A stretch of DNA of 64,000 bases from Podarcis liolepis (Eukaryota): the NCBI GenBank assembly GCA_965112155.1, contig OZ218109.1, one strand, 5' to 3'. Below, piece by piece: positions 10,893-23,661 of the stretch (position 1 is the stretch's first letter; each line of letters opens with the position of its first letter). The position numbers and the translations under genes are program-made. The notes beneath the pieces were generated by a model, which saw only the letters and a program-made list of their open reading frames with translations, was not told the DNA's origin and ran no database searches.

Positions 10893-13239
10893 CCATAGAG
10901 CATCACTGCATCAGGCATCAACATATTTTCTGGTGGTAATAATAGGAAGGAAAGAAAGAAAATGTGAAAGAAGTCCAAACTGTGCCTTAGAGCTTGAGCA
11001 ACAGGAGCACCCCTTCTTCTCCCTGAAGCCCTGAAAAGTGTTGAACACGCACCTGCACAAACCCTCTATCTTCCATCTGGAGCAGTTGTCCACATTCAAG
11101 GACACATTGCATCCAGGCAAAACACCCAAGGAAAGCACAAACTGGGACTACTAATGGCTATGGCCCAAGGAGGAGGAGGAGGAGTGTGGCTGGGAAGGGT
11201 CTGATCTTGGGAGAGTCCTAAGAGACCCCAAAGGCCACATATGGGCTAGAGGCCTCAGGTTCCCCATGTGTACAGTAGAGTTTTGGGGTGCCTTCTGAGC
11301 AGTGAGATAGCCACTGGGCATTGCTGGGAGTGGGGAAGAATGACCCCCAAAGGCACTGTCAGTGAGTTGAGGTCCAGAGTCATACTACTACTCGATTTGG
11401 GGTGATTTACTCCCTCCACTGTAAACCCCCAATTCCCTATCTGGTGCTAGACAGGACGGTCCCCCAACTCCTTGAAGAAGTATTGAAAGGACTCAGAGAA
11501 CTACAGCAGGAGGACAGCATTAGAAAGCCCACTCTTGTGAACCTCATTCCACTCATGGTCCACAGGATCCAAACCACTGTTTTCTTAGAAATCTTACAGA
11601 GTTAGTGCTACAGGCTCTTTAATAATAGACATTATATTGAAGCGGAAATTGTAAAAAAATAGAATTTTAAAAATGGAAAAGGAATGTTGGGCAACTTTAA
11701 ATTCATCTTTCAGTTTTAAGCAGGAGGATCAGACCCTGCATATTGCTGCTCCTTCATGAGGGACGCAAAAGAACAGGATCCTCCTAGTCTTGCATGGTGC
11801 TGCTTCAGGGATCAGGAAGAAGGAAAGATAGTTATCCAGTAGGTCCATTATTTTTGCGGTTTCTGCTTCTTCTGTTTCATGCCTGCCTCGACTTCCTGCC
11901 TTTCACCCCACCCCCTGCCAGACCCAGATGGCTCTGTCCCTGAGCCAGCCAACATGCCCTTTAGCAGTCCAGAGCTGTTTCAACCAGACTTGAACAAGGC
12001 CTAGATCCCTCTAATTAGGTTCAGTTTGGCTTGGGATTTGGGCCTCAGCCGAATCCAGTGCACAGCCTATGTTCTGACATCCCAGTAAGATGGGGTGGGG
12101 AACCTGTAGCCCACCACACATCACTGGACTCTTCATTCCCATCACTTCATTCTGGGATGATGCGGAAGTTGTAGTCCAACATTAGTGTGGGCGCAAGGCA
12201 CTGAACTTGCCACAAATGATCACTTACACATTTGCCAAGGACCAGTTCTAAACCGGACAGTTTTCCAGGAATGTGACACCACTTCTTCTCATGGCATTAG
12301 CTACTGATTGCAACATGTCATCACAACAACGTGCTTTCTGGTTTGGCATAAAGGCGATGAAGGCAATTACATTTTCAAGATGCTGGCATTTTTAGGTAAA
12401 ACACCACCAACACCAAGTGAAGAAGGTAATCAGGATTCTTGTTATAATGTAAAGTGGAAATATAAAGATGGGCTGATTATTTTGTGTTAGGACCAAGCGT
12501 TTCATTCTATCACCTGTCTTTTTTCATCACTTCCACTGTGATATTCTGGAATGGAGTGGCTGACATGTAATAGAAAGCTATGGAGGGAGCATTAATGCAT
12601 TCTTTAGCTCAGGCAGTCCATGTTGTCTCAGAAGTAAATGAAAAGTCTCCCAATCTTTTCATTTACTTTGGAGACAACATGTTCTGAGAGGAAAGATTTT
12701 TGCCAGCTGTTTTAGTTTTAAATTACAGTGCCATGATTGGTTTCATTTCTAGGTCACCCATAGCAACCATAACTTGAAAGCATGAGATCAGTTCTGCTTT
12801 CATTTAGAAATCTTCCCAGTTTCCGCTTCAAACACTGTTTTATAAAGCTTCCCTCTCTGTAGTTCCTGCTTTGCAGTGTTTAGTCATCCGCTTTCCTCCT
12901 TGTATTTTAATAGTCTGTTGAAATTGTGGCTTGTCACAGTGACCTAAAGAAAATATAATACTTGACATCAGGAAATGTATAGCTGTGGGAAATTAAGTAG
13001 TTGGGAAGTTGGCTTGGACCGTTATGCTACATCTGGGCAATCAATGATGAAGAAACATTTTTATTTGTTTGAATTTCCCAAATTCCTGCTGTTGTTATTT
13101 TTGTACACTTTTATGCTGCTGTTTTCCTGACTTTATGTTTTATTTTTTACGGCATTTGTTTTCTTTGCGGCATGCTGCTTTGCGATTTTTTAAAAAATAT
13201 TAAGCAGATTATAGATACAATAAATTATATAAATATATA

Positions 13240-13460
13240 CAATGGTACCTCGGTTTACAGGTGCTTCAGGTTACAGATGCTCCAGGTTACAGACTCTGTT
13301 AACCCGGAAGTATTACCTTGGGTTACGAACTTTACCTCAGGATGAGAACAGAAATCGTGCGGCGGTGGCGCGGTGGCAGCGGGAGGCCCCTTTAGCTAAA
13401 GTGGTACCTCGGGTTAAGAACGGACCTCCAGAACAAATTTTTTAATCCGAGGTACCACTG
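13240..13460. mobile_element. Tc1/mariner (pogo/Tigger-like) MITE
   Basis: CAATGGTACCTCGG...CCGAGGTACCACTG flanked by TA; the body matches 13729-14319 and 16262-16483. Confidence 0.9.
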
Positions 13461-13728
13461 TAAATAGCAACTAGCTCAATGCACTACTAGTGGAAGCCAA
13501 CATAAGGATTCCTGCTACCATAGCAGGACTCCTTCCCTGTTCTCCCACATGCACCTACTGTGCAAATCCCAAATCTGCTCTGGGGGGTCGGGAGAACATC
13601 AGAACAGCATAAGGGATAAGGAAGAGAGGAAGTTGTTCTATTGGGTAAACAGAAATGCTTGCACAGGTGGAATGATCTCCTCAGTGCCACGGTGGATACA
13701 ACCCTAAATATATAAATAAAACAACATA

Positions 13729-14319
13729 CAGTGGTACTTCGGGTTACATACGCTTCAGGTTACAGACTCCGCTAACCCGGAAATATTACCTCGGGTTAAG
13801 AACTTTGCTTTAGGATGAGAACAGAAATTGTGCTCCGGCGGCGTGGCAGCAGTGGGAGGCCCCATTAGCTAAAGTGATGCTTCAGGTTAAGAACAGTTTC
13901 AGGTTAAGAACAGACCTCCAGAACGAATTAAGTACAGTGGTGCCCCGCAAAACGAATGCCTCGCAAGACGGAAAACCCGCTAGACGAAAGGGTTTTCCAT
14001 TTTTGAGCTGCTTCGCAAGACGATTTTCCCTATGGGCTTGCTTTGCAAGACGAAAACGTCTTGCGAGTGTTCCGATTTTTTTTCGCTTCCCCCCCTTTTT
14101 CTAAGCCGCTAAGCCGCTAATAGCCTTTTAGCCGGTAATCCGCTAAGCCTTTAATAGCCGCTAAGCCTTTAATAGCCGCTAAACCGCTAATAGCGCTAAT
14201 CCGCTAAGCTGCTAATAGGGTTGCTTCGCAAGACGAAAAAACCGCTAGATGAAGAGACTCGCGGAATGGATTATTTTCGTCTTGCGATGCACCACTGGAC
14301 TTAACCCGAGGTACCACTG
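13729..14319. mobile_element. Tc1/mariner MITE hosting a nested MITE
   Basis: TIR CAGTGGTACTTCGGGTTA/TAACCCGAGGTACCACTG with a TA TSD. Confidence 0.9.
13935..14297. mobile_element. Nested Tc1/mariner MITE (second subfamily) with internal GCCGCTAA tandem repeats
   Basis: TIR CAGTGGTGCCCCGCAA/TTGCGATGCACCACTG inserted at a TA of the host MITE. Repeated CGCAAGACG motifs and a GCCGCTAA array at ~14102-14216. Confidence 0.85.
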
Positions 14320-15533
14320 TACACAGAATTTGTAACTGTTTTGTTTCACCATTTGCCCTCTGTCAGTTAAGGGTAGGAGAGAGATTCTATCCATTTTAAT
14401 GTGGACCCACCTAATATCCACTTCATGAAATACATGAACTGAAACACAGCTGTCCTTCAAAATCTGCATTTTGCTCAACCCCCAACCCCCTGCCAGTTGA
14501 AGCTGAGTAGTCAATCTGGAGTGGGGAAGAAGGGCTTTGCCTGCATAGAACAAATGAGCTCTCATTACTATTATAGCACCTTTACCAGTGGGCAAAGGGT
14601 TATATTCTTATTTAATTTATCAGTGCTTTTTACAGATGGGAATCTAAAACTGGGAGCATAGCATGTTTCTTACCCAGTGAACTACCAACAAACATGCAGG
14701 ATTCAGGAAGCAAACTTAATCATTTATCAATTAGTACAAAGGGATGCAGTGATCCAATATGCAAATACCCATATTTAAAAAAAACAAAATACCCCAGTAC
14801 TGCTTTTATAAATCTAAGTTGAACCAGTCTTTACCAGTGAATAGTTCTGGGCAGGCAACAAAATCCCGGAACAGAGATTACTGCTGGCTGAAATTTTAGA
14901 ATTATCCATTGCCTACTCTATAATTATGTTTGCTTTACTTTGGTATTACTTTGCATATACACTGAGAGCACTCACATCTCTAAACGGCATTTATTATTTC
15001 ACACACACACACAAAAGCATTTTTTTCTGTTGAAGTTTCCATTGTTCTTAACAATGTGTTCCAAATGCTTGAAACGTTTTCCAAAGTGTTTGCTGTGCAA
15101 AACTCTGCATGTGTTCTCTGAACGCTCCCAACTGGCTATGAATTTCCACGGTGTGACTGAACATGTCAAGGTCAGTGTCTGTCAAGTATAATTTGTTTCT
15201 TTATTGGAAACTTGAATGTGAGCTTCACTTTAATTGAGGATGTGCATTTCATGCAGCCTCCCCATCCAACAGGATGTAAAGCCGCTGTCACTTTGAGCCA
15301 AAGCAAGGAAGGTCTTCACAATAACATAAAACGGCCAATGCTCAACCGACTTCGACATAGCATTCACCATCACATCAGCCGCCGTAATAATACACTAAAT
15401 CTTTTGAAAAAGCCTGTGTTGGCAATTACAACCATGCATACCACAGTTCTGTTGGTACTGTAAGAAGGCAGGAGGTCAGAAAACTTTAATATCATATATA
15501 GTGTGTGGTACATGTGTGATTTTATGTCTGTAT

Positions 15534-15534
<1 letters not shown>

Positions 15535-15564
<30 letters not shown>
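15535..15564. repeat. (CA)n microsatellite
   Basis: Direct inspection. Confidence 0.95.
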
Positions 15565-15565
<1 letters not shown>

Positions 15566-15789
15566 CAAAGGAATATAAATCAGACATCAGACCTACACTT
15601 CTATACATGTTGGTTAATTTATTTTGTCTTGTATTAGTGCTTTCAATATTAACCCTACTTCAAGAGCTGGTCTAGACACATTTAAATCCCATTGAACTCA
15701 CTGTTTGGAATGAAGCGGCCATGGACACCTTCCAGAGAGCAGTACAGCCCCATCACTCCATGTGCACAGTCTATCTGAGCTTCCTGGAC

Positions 15790-15975
15790 CTACACAGGAA
15801 GTTGCCTTATATTGAGTGATAATATTGGTCCATCTAGCTTTAGTATTGACTATGCTGTGATTCTACATGGTTTCAGATTTTGGGGACATTCCCAGTCCTA
15901 CCTGGAGATGCCAGGGATCAAACCTAAGACCTTCTACATGAGAAGGATGTGCTCTTCACAACTCAGCTGTAGCCT
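15790..15975 (-). mobile_element. Squam2-like tRNA-derived SINE (degenerate)
   Basis: The reverse strand begins GGCTACAGCTGAGTTG, has a B-box-like GGTTTGATCCC and ends ...CTAGATGGACCAAT...ATAAGGCAACTTCCT. Confidence 0.65.
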
Positions 15976-16104
15976 TTTCCAGGCTTGGCATGATCTCTCC
16001 CCCCTCCCCAGTCAGTTCCAACTCCTACACTTTCCTTTCCACACTGCTTAAGAAGATGCCTTTGGGGTGTTTCCAATTCTCATATGAACAAGCTGTTCAC
16101 ATTT

Positions 16105-16700
16105 GGGTACCTGGCAGGATGGAAAGAACTGAAAGGGGTTCAGAAGAGGGCAGCAAAGATGGCTGGGGAGGGGGGAAGAAGTCTTATGAGGAAAGGCAGA
16201 AGGAACTCAATATGTTTCTCCTGAAGAGGACGAGGTAGGGCATGGCAGCACTCTTCAAATACAGTGGTACCTTGGGTTAAGTACTTAATTCATTCTGGAG
16301 GTCCGTTCTTAACCTGAAACTGTTCTTCACCTGAAGCACCACTTTAGCTAATGGGGCCTCCTGCTGCTGCCGCACCAAGCACGATTTCTGTTTTCATCCT
16401 GAAGCAAAGTTCTTAACCCAAGGAACTATTTCTGGGTTAGCGGAGTCTGTAACCTGAAGCATATGTAACCCGAGGTACCACTTTACCTGAAGGACCCATC
16501 ACATAAAAAAGGACAAAGACTTGTATTCTCTGCTGCCATGGACTGGATCTGATAGCCTTAAATTTTGTTGAACTTTAGGAGAAACTTCTTAATGGTAAGA
16601 GCTGTTTGACAATAGAACCAATTGCCTAAGAAGGTGGGCTTTCCCTCATTGGAAGTCTTTGAGAATGTACTAGTTCTAGATTGCCTACATAAAACACAGG
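16105..16700 (+). mobile_element. Old CR1 LINE 3' fragment split by a MITE at 16262-16483
   Basis: Contains GTTCAGAAGAGGGCAGCAAAGATG (VQKRAAKM), TCTTATGAGGAAAGG (SYEER), CTCTTCAAATA|CCTGAAGG and AGGAGAAACTTCTTAATGGTAAGAGCTGTT. Confidence 0.75.
16262..16483. mobile_element. Tc1/mariner (pogo/Tigger-like) MITE, opposite orientation to the copies at 13240 and 13729
   Basis: TIR CAGTGGTACCTTGGGTTA...TAACCCGAGGTACCACTT with a TA TSD. Confidence 0.9.
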
Positions 16701-18203
16701 TTACTCTGTATTGCCAATTATGATGTCAGGTGACAGGTGGCCCATGGAAGGGGGAAAGATAAGGGTCTGGCCCACCACCCAGAACCAGTTCTCCACCTAA
16801 CCTATGGCCTACAATGACTTCTCTTACCCTGTGATTTCATATGGTGAATGACATTCTCATGGCACTCTAGCGGATGGACATTCGTGACCATCAAGCAGAA
16901 TGAAGGTTTTATTAGAATCAAGTGAAATAAATAAATCTTGTGAAATAAATAAGACATAATCCATTACACTTCCTATAAAAATAGAAGATCCTTGGACAAC
17001 CATCAACCCTTGCTTGCTAAATATAAATATGACCAGATTTGCACATTTTACTACATTGAACAAGTTATGTGCAAAAGGTGTTCTTCCTAACAGCTTGTTT
17101 GAGAGCGTGAGTTCTCTGACTGAATCATTTCATTCTGTCGTTTTTCCTCTTAAGTTCAATTGGAGGCCATTTACCCCATAAGGGAGGTTGAAATACGCAC
17201 CTTGAGAAGAGATATTCTAATTAAAGCAATGGGAAGATCAAAACGGAATCTGTGGCTTATGTGCCTATTTAATATTTAGTAGCTATGGCCACACATTTTC
17301 CCATTCTCCTCATAGCATTCGGCACCGAGAAATGAAACATGAAGCTTTTAAATGCAATTTGAGTTTTTGCACAAAAGTAGCAGAATGGAAGAAACTCAAA
17401 GATGAGGCTGGCGTGCCATTGCATGCTCATACAAATGCGGTTTTTCGTTTCTTTTCTTTTCCCTTTTTAAAAAATGACTTCTGAGCAGCACAAGCGCTAG
17501 CTGTAATTCATTGCCCATTGCCACTTTGTGTCACAACATTAAAGTCATTCCACTGTAGTTTCTCGGGCCCACAATGATTTTTCCGGCAACTTTGCATACG
17601 AAAAAGTATAACAAATCTGACAGGACATTTTGAAGACAAATGACTGCTTTGAACAGTTAAAAGAAAGTGAAAGAGCCTTATGCAAGGAAGCTATTCACAG
17701 CAAGTGAAGTAGTGGAATTTAAACTACTACAGGCTATTGAATCATTATAATGATGGATTGTCTGCTCTGCCTACCAATAATATAACAATCTTCCTACCCA
17801 AAATAGTGTGCTTGCTATATTTAATCTATAGCTCTGACCAATGCCAATTATGAGCTCAGTTTAATTAATAGTAACGATCGACACCTCTTCTTGCCCAAAC
17901 AAGAAATTAAAACCGGACGTCATTTAAACAGTTTAAATCCTGGCCCTCTGCAAACATTTCAGATGATGCAGACATTGAGCATATAATAGTGTCTATGACC
18001 TTCAAGCATTGATCAGCTCTGTGAGAACAAAATGTGTGTTCATACATGTTGCGTGCATGTAAGGTCTCTCAGTCCCAGCACAACTGAAAAGACTTTCTGC
18101 AGGGTCTGCAATCATGCGTATGGAGCCTTTGCATATGTGATATGTGTAAGTGCAGGAATGAAGCAAAACCGTAGTTTGTCAAAGCCAGAAATTGATTAAC
18201 ATC

Positions 18204-18243
<40 letters not shown>

Positions 18244-18602
18244 TTATTTAAACTAAGGTTACGAGATGTCCCTGTTCTCCAGGGACAGTCCCCGGATTTA
18301 CAAATCAGTCCCCTGACAAAATCCATCCTCTTCAACTGAAGTTAAAAAGTGTCCCTGGATTCATTGGAAAAAATTTGGTAACCTTAATTTATACCCCACC
18401 CAGCTGGCTGGGTTTCCCCAGCTACTCTGGGCGGTTCCCAACAGAAAATTAAAAGCACAATAAAACGTCAAACATTAAAAACTTCCCTAAACAGGGCTGC
18501 CTTCAGATGTCTTCTGTAAGTCAGATAGTTGTTTATTTCCTTGACATTTGAAGGGAGGGCATTCCACAGGGTGGGCGTGACTACTGAGAAGGCCCTCTGC
18601 CT
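18204..18602 (-). mobile_element. L2 LINE 3' end with a TAA-repeat tail, interrupted by a hAT MITE
   Basis: Shares AAACAGGGCTGCCTTCAGATGTCTTCT...GGGAGGGCATTCCACAGGG with the copies at 33881, 42372, 47660 and 58203. Confidence 0.8.
18254..18386. mobile_element. hAT-type MITE
   Basis: TIR TAAGGTTAC/GTAACCTTA; 8-bp TSD ATTTAAAC/ATTTATAC. Confidence 0.85.
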
Positions 18603-18649
18603 AATTAAGATAATACTTAAAGCATTTTAAAGAAGTATATCAAGAACCC

Positions 18650-19450
18650 AGGCGCTATTCTGGAGGCTTTCTGTCCTTTTATTCAAGAGGCACTTAAAAG
18701 AGGCCTCAGTGCCAAGCTCTTTTGCACCCTAGGCAAAGGCTAACTACTTGCACCAAAAAGAACATCACTAACTCTAATTTTCAAAAACAGATGCCTTGAA
18801 GAAGAAAAAATGAAAAGCACAAAACTTGATACTGCTAAATTTGTTTTAAATTGCAAAACTAAGTAGTACAACGATTTTTGATTACCTTTCTCAAATACAG
18901 AAGAAAATGTTTTAGCACACAAATCATTTTGAATAATGTTGTGAATTGTGATGTTAAAATTTAAGTCTTTCCAGAGTTTCAATTCCAGGCACATGAACAT
19001 CTCACTTTGTGTACCTTTTCCTTTGCAAATTTTGTCACCAATCCCTTCAGGTCCAGTGCAGTTGCTTCAGCATGCTCAATTGATATAGTTGCCAAGCCAA
19101 CTGGTCTCTTCTGCAACATTGTTGAGTGTTTTTATATGTTTGAAATTTAAGGACCTACATTCACCACGTGCCACTGACACTGGAATTATGAGAAGGATCC
19201 TTAGAGCAACAACATTAGCCACATTCTCCAGGAGTTTTTGTTGTAGTAAGAAGAGAAGTACTCCTTGTGGCGACATAGACTTTGGAAGTCTTCAGGATAT
19301 TGCTATAAGTTCACAGCACGGATCTTCAGCATCAATATCTTTGTTTCCATTGTGTATCAATGATTTTTAAAAAATATATATATTCTTGCAGGCACATCTT
19401 AAGTACATCTTGAGTAGATTTTTTTGTTGATACTACACATATCATACAGG
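18650..19450 (-). pseudogene. Degraded hAT transposase C-terminus (dimerisation domain) plus a probable terminal region
   Basis: ORF 19076-19276 reads NVVALRILLIIPVSVARGECRSLNFKHIKT, matching the hAT motif (N...LRILLT.PV..A..ERSFS.LK.IKT). The frameshifted continuation gives PVGLATISIEH. Confidence 0.75.
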
Positions 19451-20899
19451 AAGCCAAATAAGGAATTATATTATTGTAGCTGTTGGAATCTCTCTTCAAC
19501 AAATTGTATGGTCATATCTAAGACAGCATAGTGGAAACCTACTTTGAATTTGGGTTGTTTTTGTTTTGGATCCTGGCCTACAGTTCAGCTGTGCATCATT
19601 ATGTCCTTGATTTGAAACAAGCATTAAAGTAGATCAGAATGGACTTTGCAATCTTAGCATTCAGTCCACAAGGGGCAGAGTGGCTTCTGAATAAGGAGGG
19701 GGAAGTGCTATAAGTATGAGGATTTTTATAAAAGCGAAGATCTTCCCTTCCCATGCTCTGAGCAAATGATTTCTTTGTTTCCGAGACTACCAAGATCAGT
19801 GGAATGATACACTTCTTATCTTGTAATGAATTCTAAGGAAGAACAGTCTCTGGCACCTAAGGCAGACTTACCACTGTCAACATAGACTGCTTCTTTTGAC
19901 AAGAACAAAATGATGAGCTCTTAAATGCAGAACTGTTCTCACTGAGGAACCTTTTTATGCATACTTAGACAACCTTCAAGGGCAGGAGGGGAGCCATATA
20001 CCATAGCTAACCAGCGATACTGACATCTGTCTTTCACAGAGAGCCAAGGGAGTCTTGAAAAGATCACAGTTGGCAAAAGTAACTGATTAAGATAAATCTA
20101 TAAATTATATTGCTCGGTGTGTAAGCTTTCCTAAGATATACATCGCACACCATGTGCTTGGGCAAGAAAATTAAAATAGCATGGGAAAGAAAGGAAATGT
20201 GTACCTTTTAGGGAGGAACCCCCAGGTCTAAAACAAGACAAAGCATAGCTGTTTGATTAAAACGGAACAGTTTCCTTTGTAATAACATTTTTGGCAATTA
20301 AAGTAAAATATATGTGGTGCATATTTATGATGGAATGGGTCATTTCACTATTCATAATCTGGTGGTCACCTTAAGTTTCAACATACTGGTACCGCCATGA
20401 ATTTTTCACTTTGCAATAGAGTAGAGATGAGGAATCTTTGGCCCTCCAGATGTTGTTGGACTACAGCTCCCATTATTCCTGATCACTGGCCATGCTGACT
20501 GGGGCTGATGGGAGTCAGTGTCCAACCGCATATGGGGGCCTGCATTTACCTGACACAGAGAAATGCAAGGACTTTAAGAAAGGACAGGATAGAACACAGA
20601 CTATTGATGTTATAAGCCTTGGCACATAGGATCTAGTGATGACTGATACCCTCATTTGTTCCTTTGCCTTTTTAGCTTCACCTGCTGACACATATATTTT
20701 ATCTGGAAACAAGAAAAGGGTTTTGAATTTCTGGGAGCATGCCTCTGCAAAATCAACCCTCAAATCTATATGTGAAGCAGCTGTATTCAGACCAGGGCTG
20801 ACTCTGGTGACACACACATCTGTGGTAGGTATGGGTACATCTATCAACTTCAGTTTCTTGCCATTTCCAATTCTACTGAGCTTATTTCTCCACATTTGC

Positions 20900-21595
20900 A
20901 CACCAGTTTTGTCTTGTTTTGTTTTTTAAAAAGGCCTCAAAAATTTCCATATCATTTGAATGCGAATTTCCCCAATATGCACATTTTTGTATGCAACTTT
21001 GCCTAATCTACACATGTTTTCATGCATTTCCTCAGATATAACGTATTTAAATGTTATTTTCAGTACTATCTTTATGTTCCCCTAAAATATTCATTTTTTT
21101 CCTGTTGTTGTTGTTGAAATGCATTTGCAAAATTCAAAGAACAAATTTTGAAGGATAGCCATGATTCCATTGTTTCAGGATCTATGAATTAGGTAAAAAG
21201 ATAAAGATACCCCTGACCGTTAGGTCCAGTCACGGACAACCCTGGGGTTGTGCGCTCATCTCACTCTATAGGCCAAGGGAGTCAGCATTTGTCCACAGAC
21301 AGCTTCTGGGTCATGTAGCCAGCATGACTAAGCCGCTTCTGGCGAATCAGAGCAGCGCACGGAAACACCGTTTACCTTCCCACCAGAGCGGTACCTATTT
21401 ATCTACTTGCATTTGATGTGCTTTCAAACTGCTAGGTTGGCAGGAGTAGGGACCGAACAATAGGAGCTCACCCTGTCACGGGGATTCGAACCGCTGACCA
21501 TCCGATCAGCAAGCCCAAGTCTCAGTGGTTTAGACCACAGCACCACCCACGTCCCGTAGGTTAAACTGTATGAATTTCCCCTCCCATTCCCAAAT
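20900..21595. repeat. Old unclassified interspersed repeat, here split by a Sauria SINE
   Basis: The motifs AATATGCACATTTTTG...GCAAAATTCA...TTTGAAGGAT recur at ~31370-31720, ~34420-34690, ~49640-49970 and ~61985-62430. Confidence 0.55.
21191..21555 (-). mobile_element. Sauria SINE (Squam1)
   Basis: The reverse strand starts GGGACGTGGGTGGTGCTGTGG, has the B-box GGTTCGAATCC and a degenerate (ACCTTT)n-like tail. Confidence 0.9.
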
Positions 21596-21605
21596 TGTGA
21601 GCCAT

Positions 21606-21915
21606 GGGCCGCATTTCAAGCAGCATGATATCGCTTTAAAAAGTCATGGTTTCCTCCAAAGAATTCTGGGAGCTGTAGTTCATGAAAGCTGCTGCAAATT
21701 GTCAGGAGACCACTATTTTCCTCCTAGAGCAACAATTTGCAGAGTGGTTTAACACAGTGAACTCTAAGAATTGCAGGTCTTGAAGGGGTATAGGGAATCT
21801 CTTAACAACTCTCAGCACCCTTGGCAAACAACAGCTCCCAGAATTATTTGGGAGAAGCTACAACTGTTCAAATTGGTATCACGGTGCTTTAAATGTGTGG
21901 TGTGAACATGGCCCT
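21606..21915. mobile_element. Palindromic non-autonomous DNA element (possibly PIF/Harbinger-like)
   Basis: Ends GGGCC...GGCCC; internal inverted CTGGGAGCTGTAGTT / AACAACAGCTCCCAG. Confidence 0.5.
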
Positions 21916-23304
21916 GGTGTGCTTCCCTGTGATGGTGGCAGGGTTCCAAGCAGTACCAGCAGGCTGAATCTACCCACCATTTTAATTTCCCACATTGCTT
22001 CAGAGTGAAATGCTAGTTAGGTCTTGTTCCCAGAGTGCTGCATCAGGGGAGAAGAAACCAAGGACCCCCCACTGTCTGCACCAGCTGTGGACCCTACCAA
22101 GGTACTGCAGTCATGGGAACTGTCCAAGGATGGCAGGTACTGATCCCAGCCTTAAGCAGACAATACTTGAATGTGATTTTCAACAACATGTTGATGCTCA
22201 CAGGTTGCTTGTTCCTGCAAAGCAAACACTGTGCTGCTAATAGAATCATCCAGCTGAAGTGGTTTTAATTATATATTCTGCTGGAAATGTAGGGTACAGT
22301 GGGAGATTGTGTGTACAAACTTGTTTGCTGTTACGATTCTGCCTCCTGTATAATAATAAAACAACGATAACCATTAGCCTGCATGAATCATCGGGTGCAT
22401 TGTGTTCTATAATAGCCTGCACTCCCTGGCGCAATTAATAAGTGTGGTGGCTCAAACAGCAGATAAATAAACAGCAAGACTAAGATATTTCCATTTGTTT
22501 TGACTAAAGCAAAGAGTGTCTTCATTCATTTAATGCGGAACGTCTTTGCTTTGGGCGGGGGAGGTAGGCCACTGCAAAAGCTGGGGAAAGGACAAATAAA
22601 GTGCAGCACATGCTCTTCACAGGAAAGTTACAATGGATTCACCTAGACCCACTTTCCAGAGAAAATCAAAGGTATACACAATCGTCACTCAGGAAAGCAG
22701 CAGTGAGAGGGATTAAAAACGCTCGCTGTTGTGGTGTATCTATTGCCATTGTCTATCAACTACTCTGTGACAGTTAAATATTTCTCAACAAACTAAAGAT
22801 TAATGGTGTGATGTTGCCTGCATTGAAGTCAATGGTGTTGATTTCCCTGGGCTGATACCTGCCATCAGCGCAGCTGAGGCTGATATTGCACAGAAGGTCA
22901 AAAGATAATAAACATTAACTTCTTCACAATAATGTGAGTTGAGTTGCTCCATCCTCCAGCTCACTTTCTCACAAAAGGCTCATTCAAATGACTCTTGAGT
23001 GACTGTGCCAATTACTATTGTTTTCTTACCTGGATTTTCTGGTTCATCCATTGCAAAGCAATCACCTGAGTGCTCCATCAGAGACAACAGTGCTGGCCCA
23101 GTTCATACATGTTTCCAGTGCAAGTGGCCATTCGTAATGCCATTTGTAACCTTGGAGCTGTTCCACATGATCTGTAGCTTCTCCTCTTGCCAGTGTTTTT
23201 CCTGGAGGGTCTGGTTTGCCTGCATGCCCAAGAATCCAGCATACAGATTGGGCTGCTTAACCCATTGCAACCAATGAAATTAACTCTAGCTAATTCTGCA
23301 CTGA

Positions 23305-23661
23305 GGGACGCGGGTGGCGCTGTGGGTTAAACCACAGAGCCTAGGACTTGCCGATCAGAAGGTTGGCAGTTCGAATCCCTGCGACGGGGTGAGCTTCCGT
23401 TGCTCAGTCCCTGCTCCTGCCCACCTAGCAGTTCAAAAGCACGTCAAAGTGCAAGTAGATAAATAGGTACCACTCTGGCAGGAAGGTAAACGGCGCTTCC
23501 ATGTGCTGCTCTGGTTCGTCAGAAGCGGCTTAGTCATGCTGGCCACATGACCCGGAAGCTATACGCCGGCTCCCTTGGCCAGTAAAGCGAGATGAGCACC
23601 GCAACCCCAGAGTTGGTCATGACTGGACCTAATGGTCAGGGGTCCCTTTACCTTTACCTTT
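23305..23661 (+). mobile_element. Full-length Sauria SINE (Squam1)
   Basis: GGGACGCGGGTGGCGCTGTGG head, GTTCGAATCC B-box and (TTTACC)n tail. 13-bp TSD CTAATTCTGCACT at 23290-23302 and 23664-23676. Confidence 0.95.

Noticed and set aside
23305-23400. tRNA-like A/B boxes here and at 2650-2730, 24947 and 35876
   Set aside because: These are SINE heads, not tRNA genes: there is no complete cloverleaf and they continue into SINE bodies.
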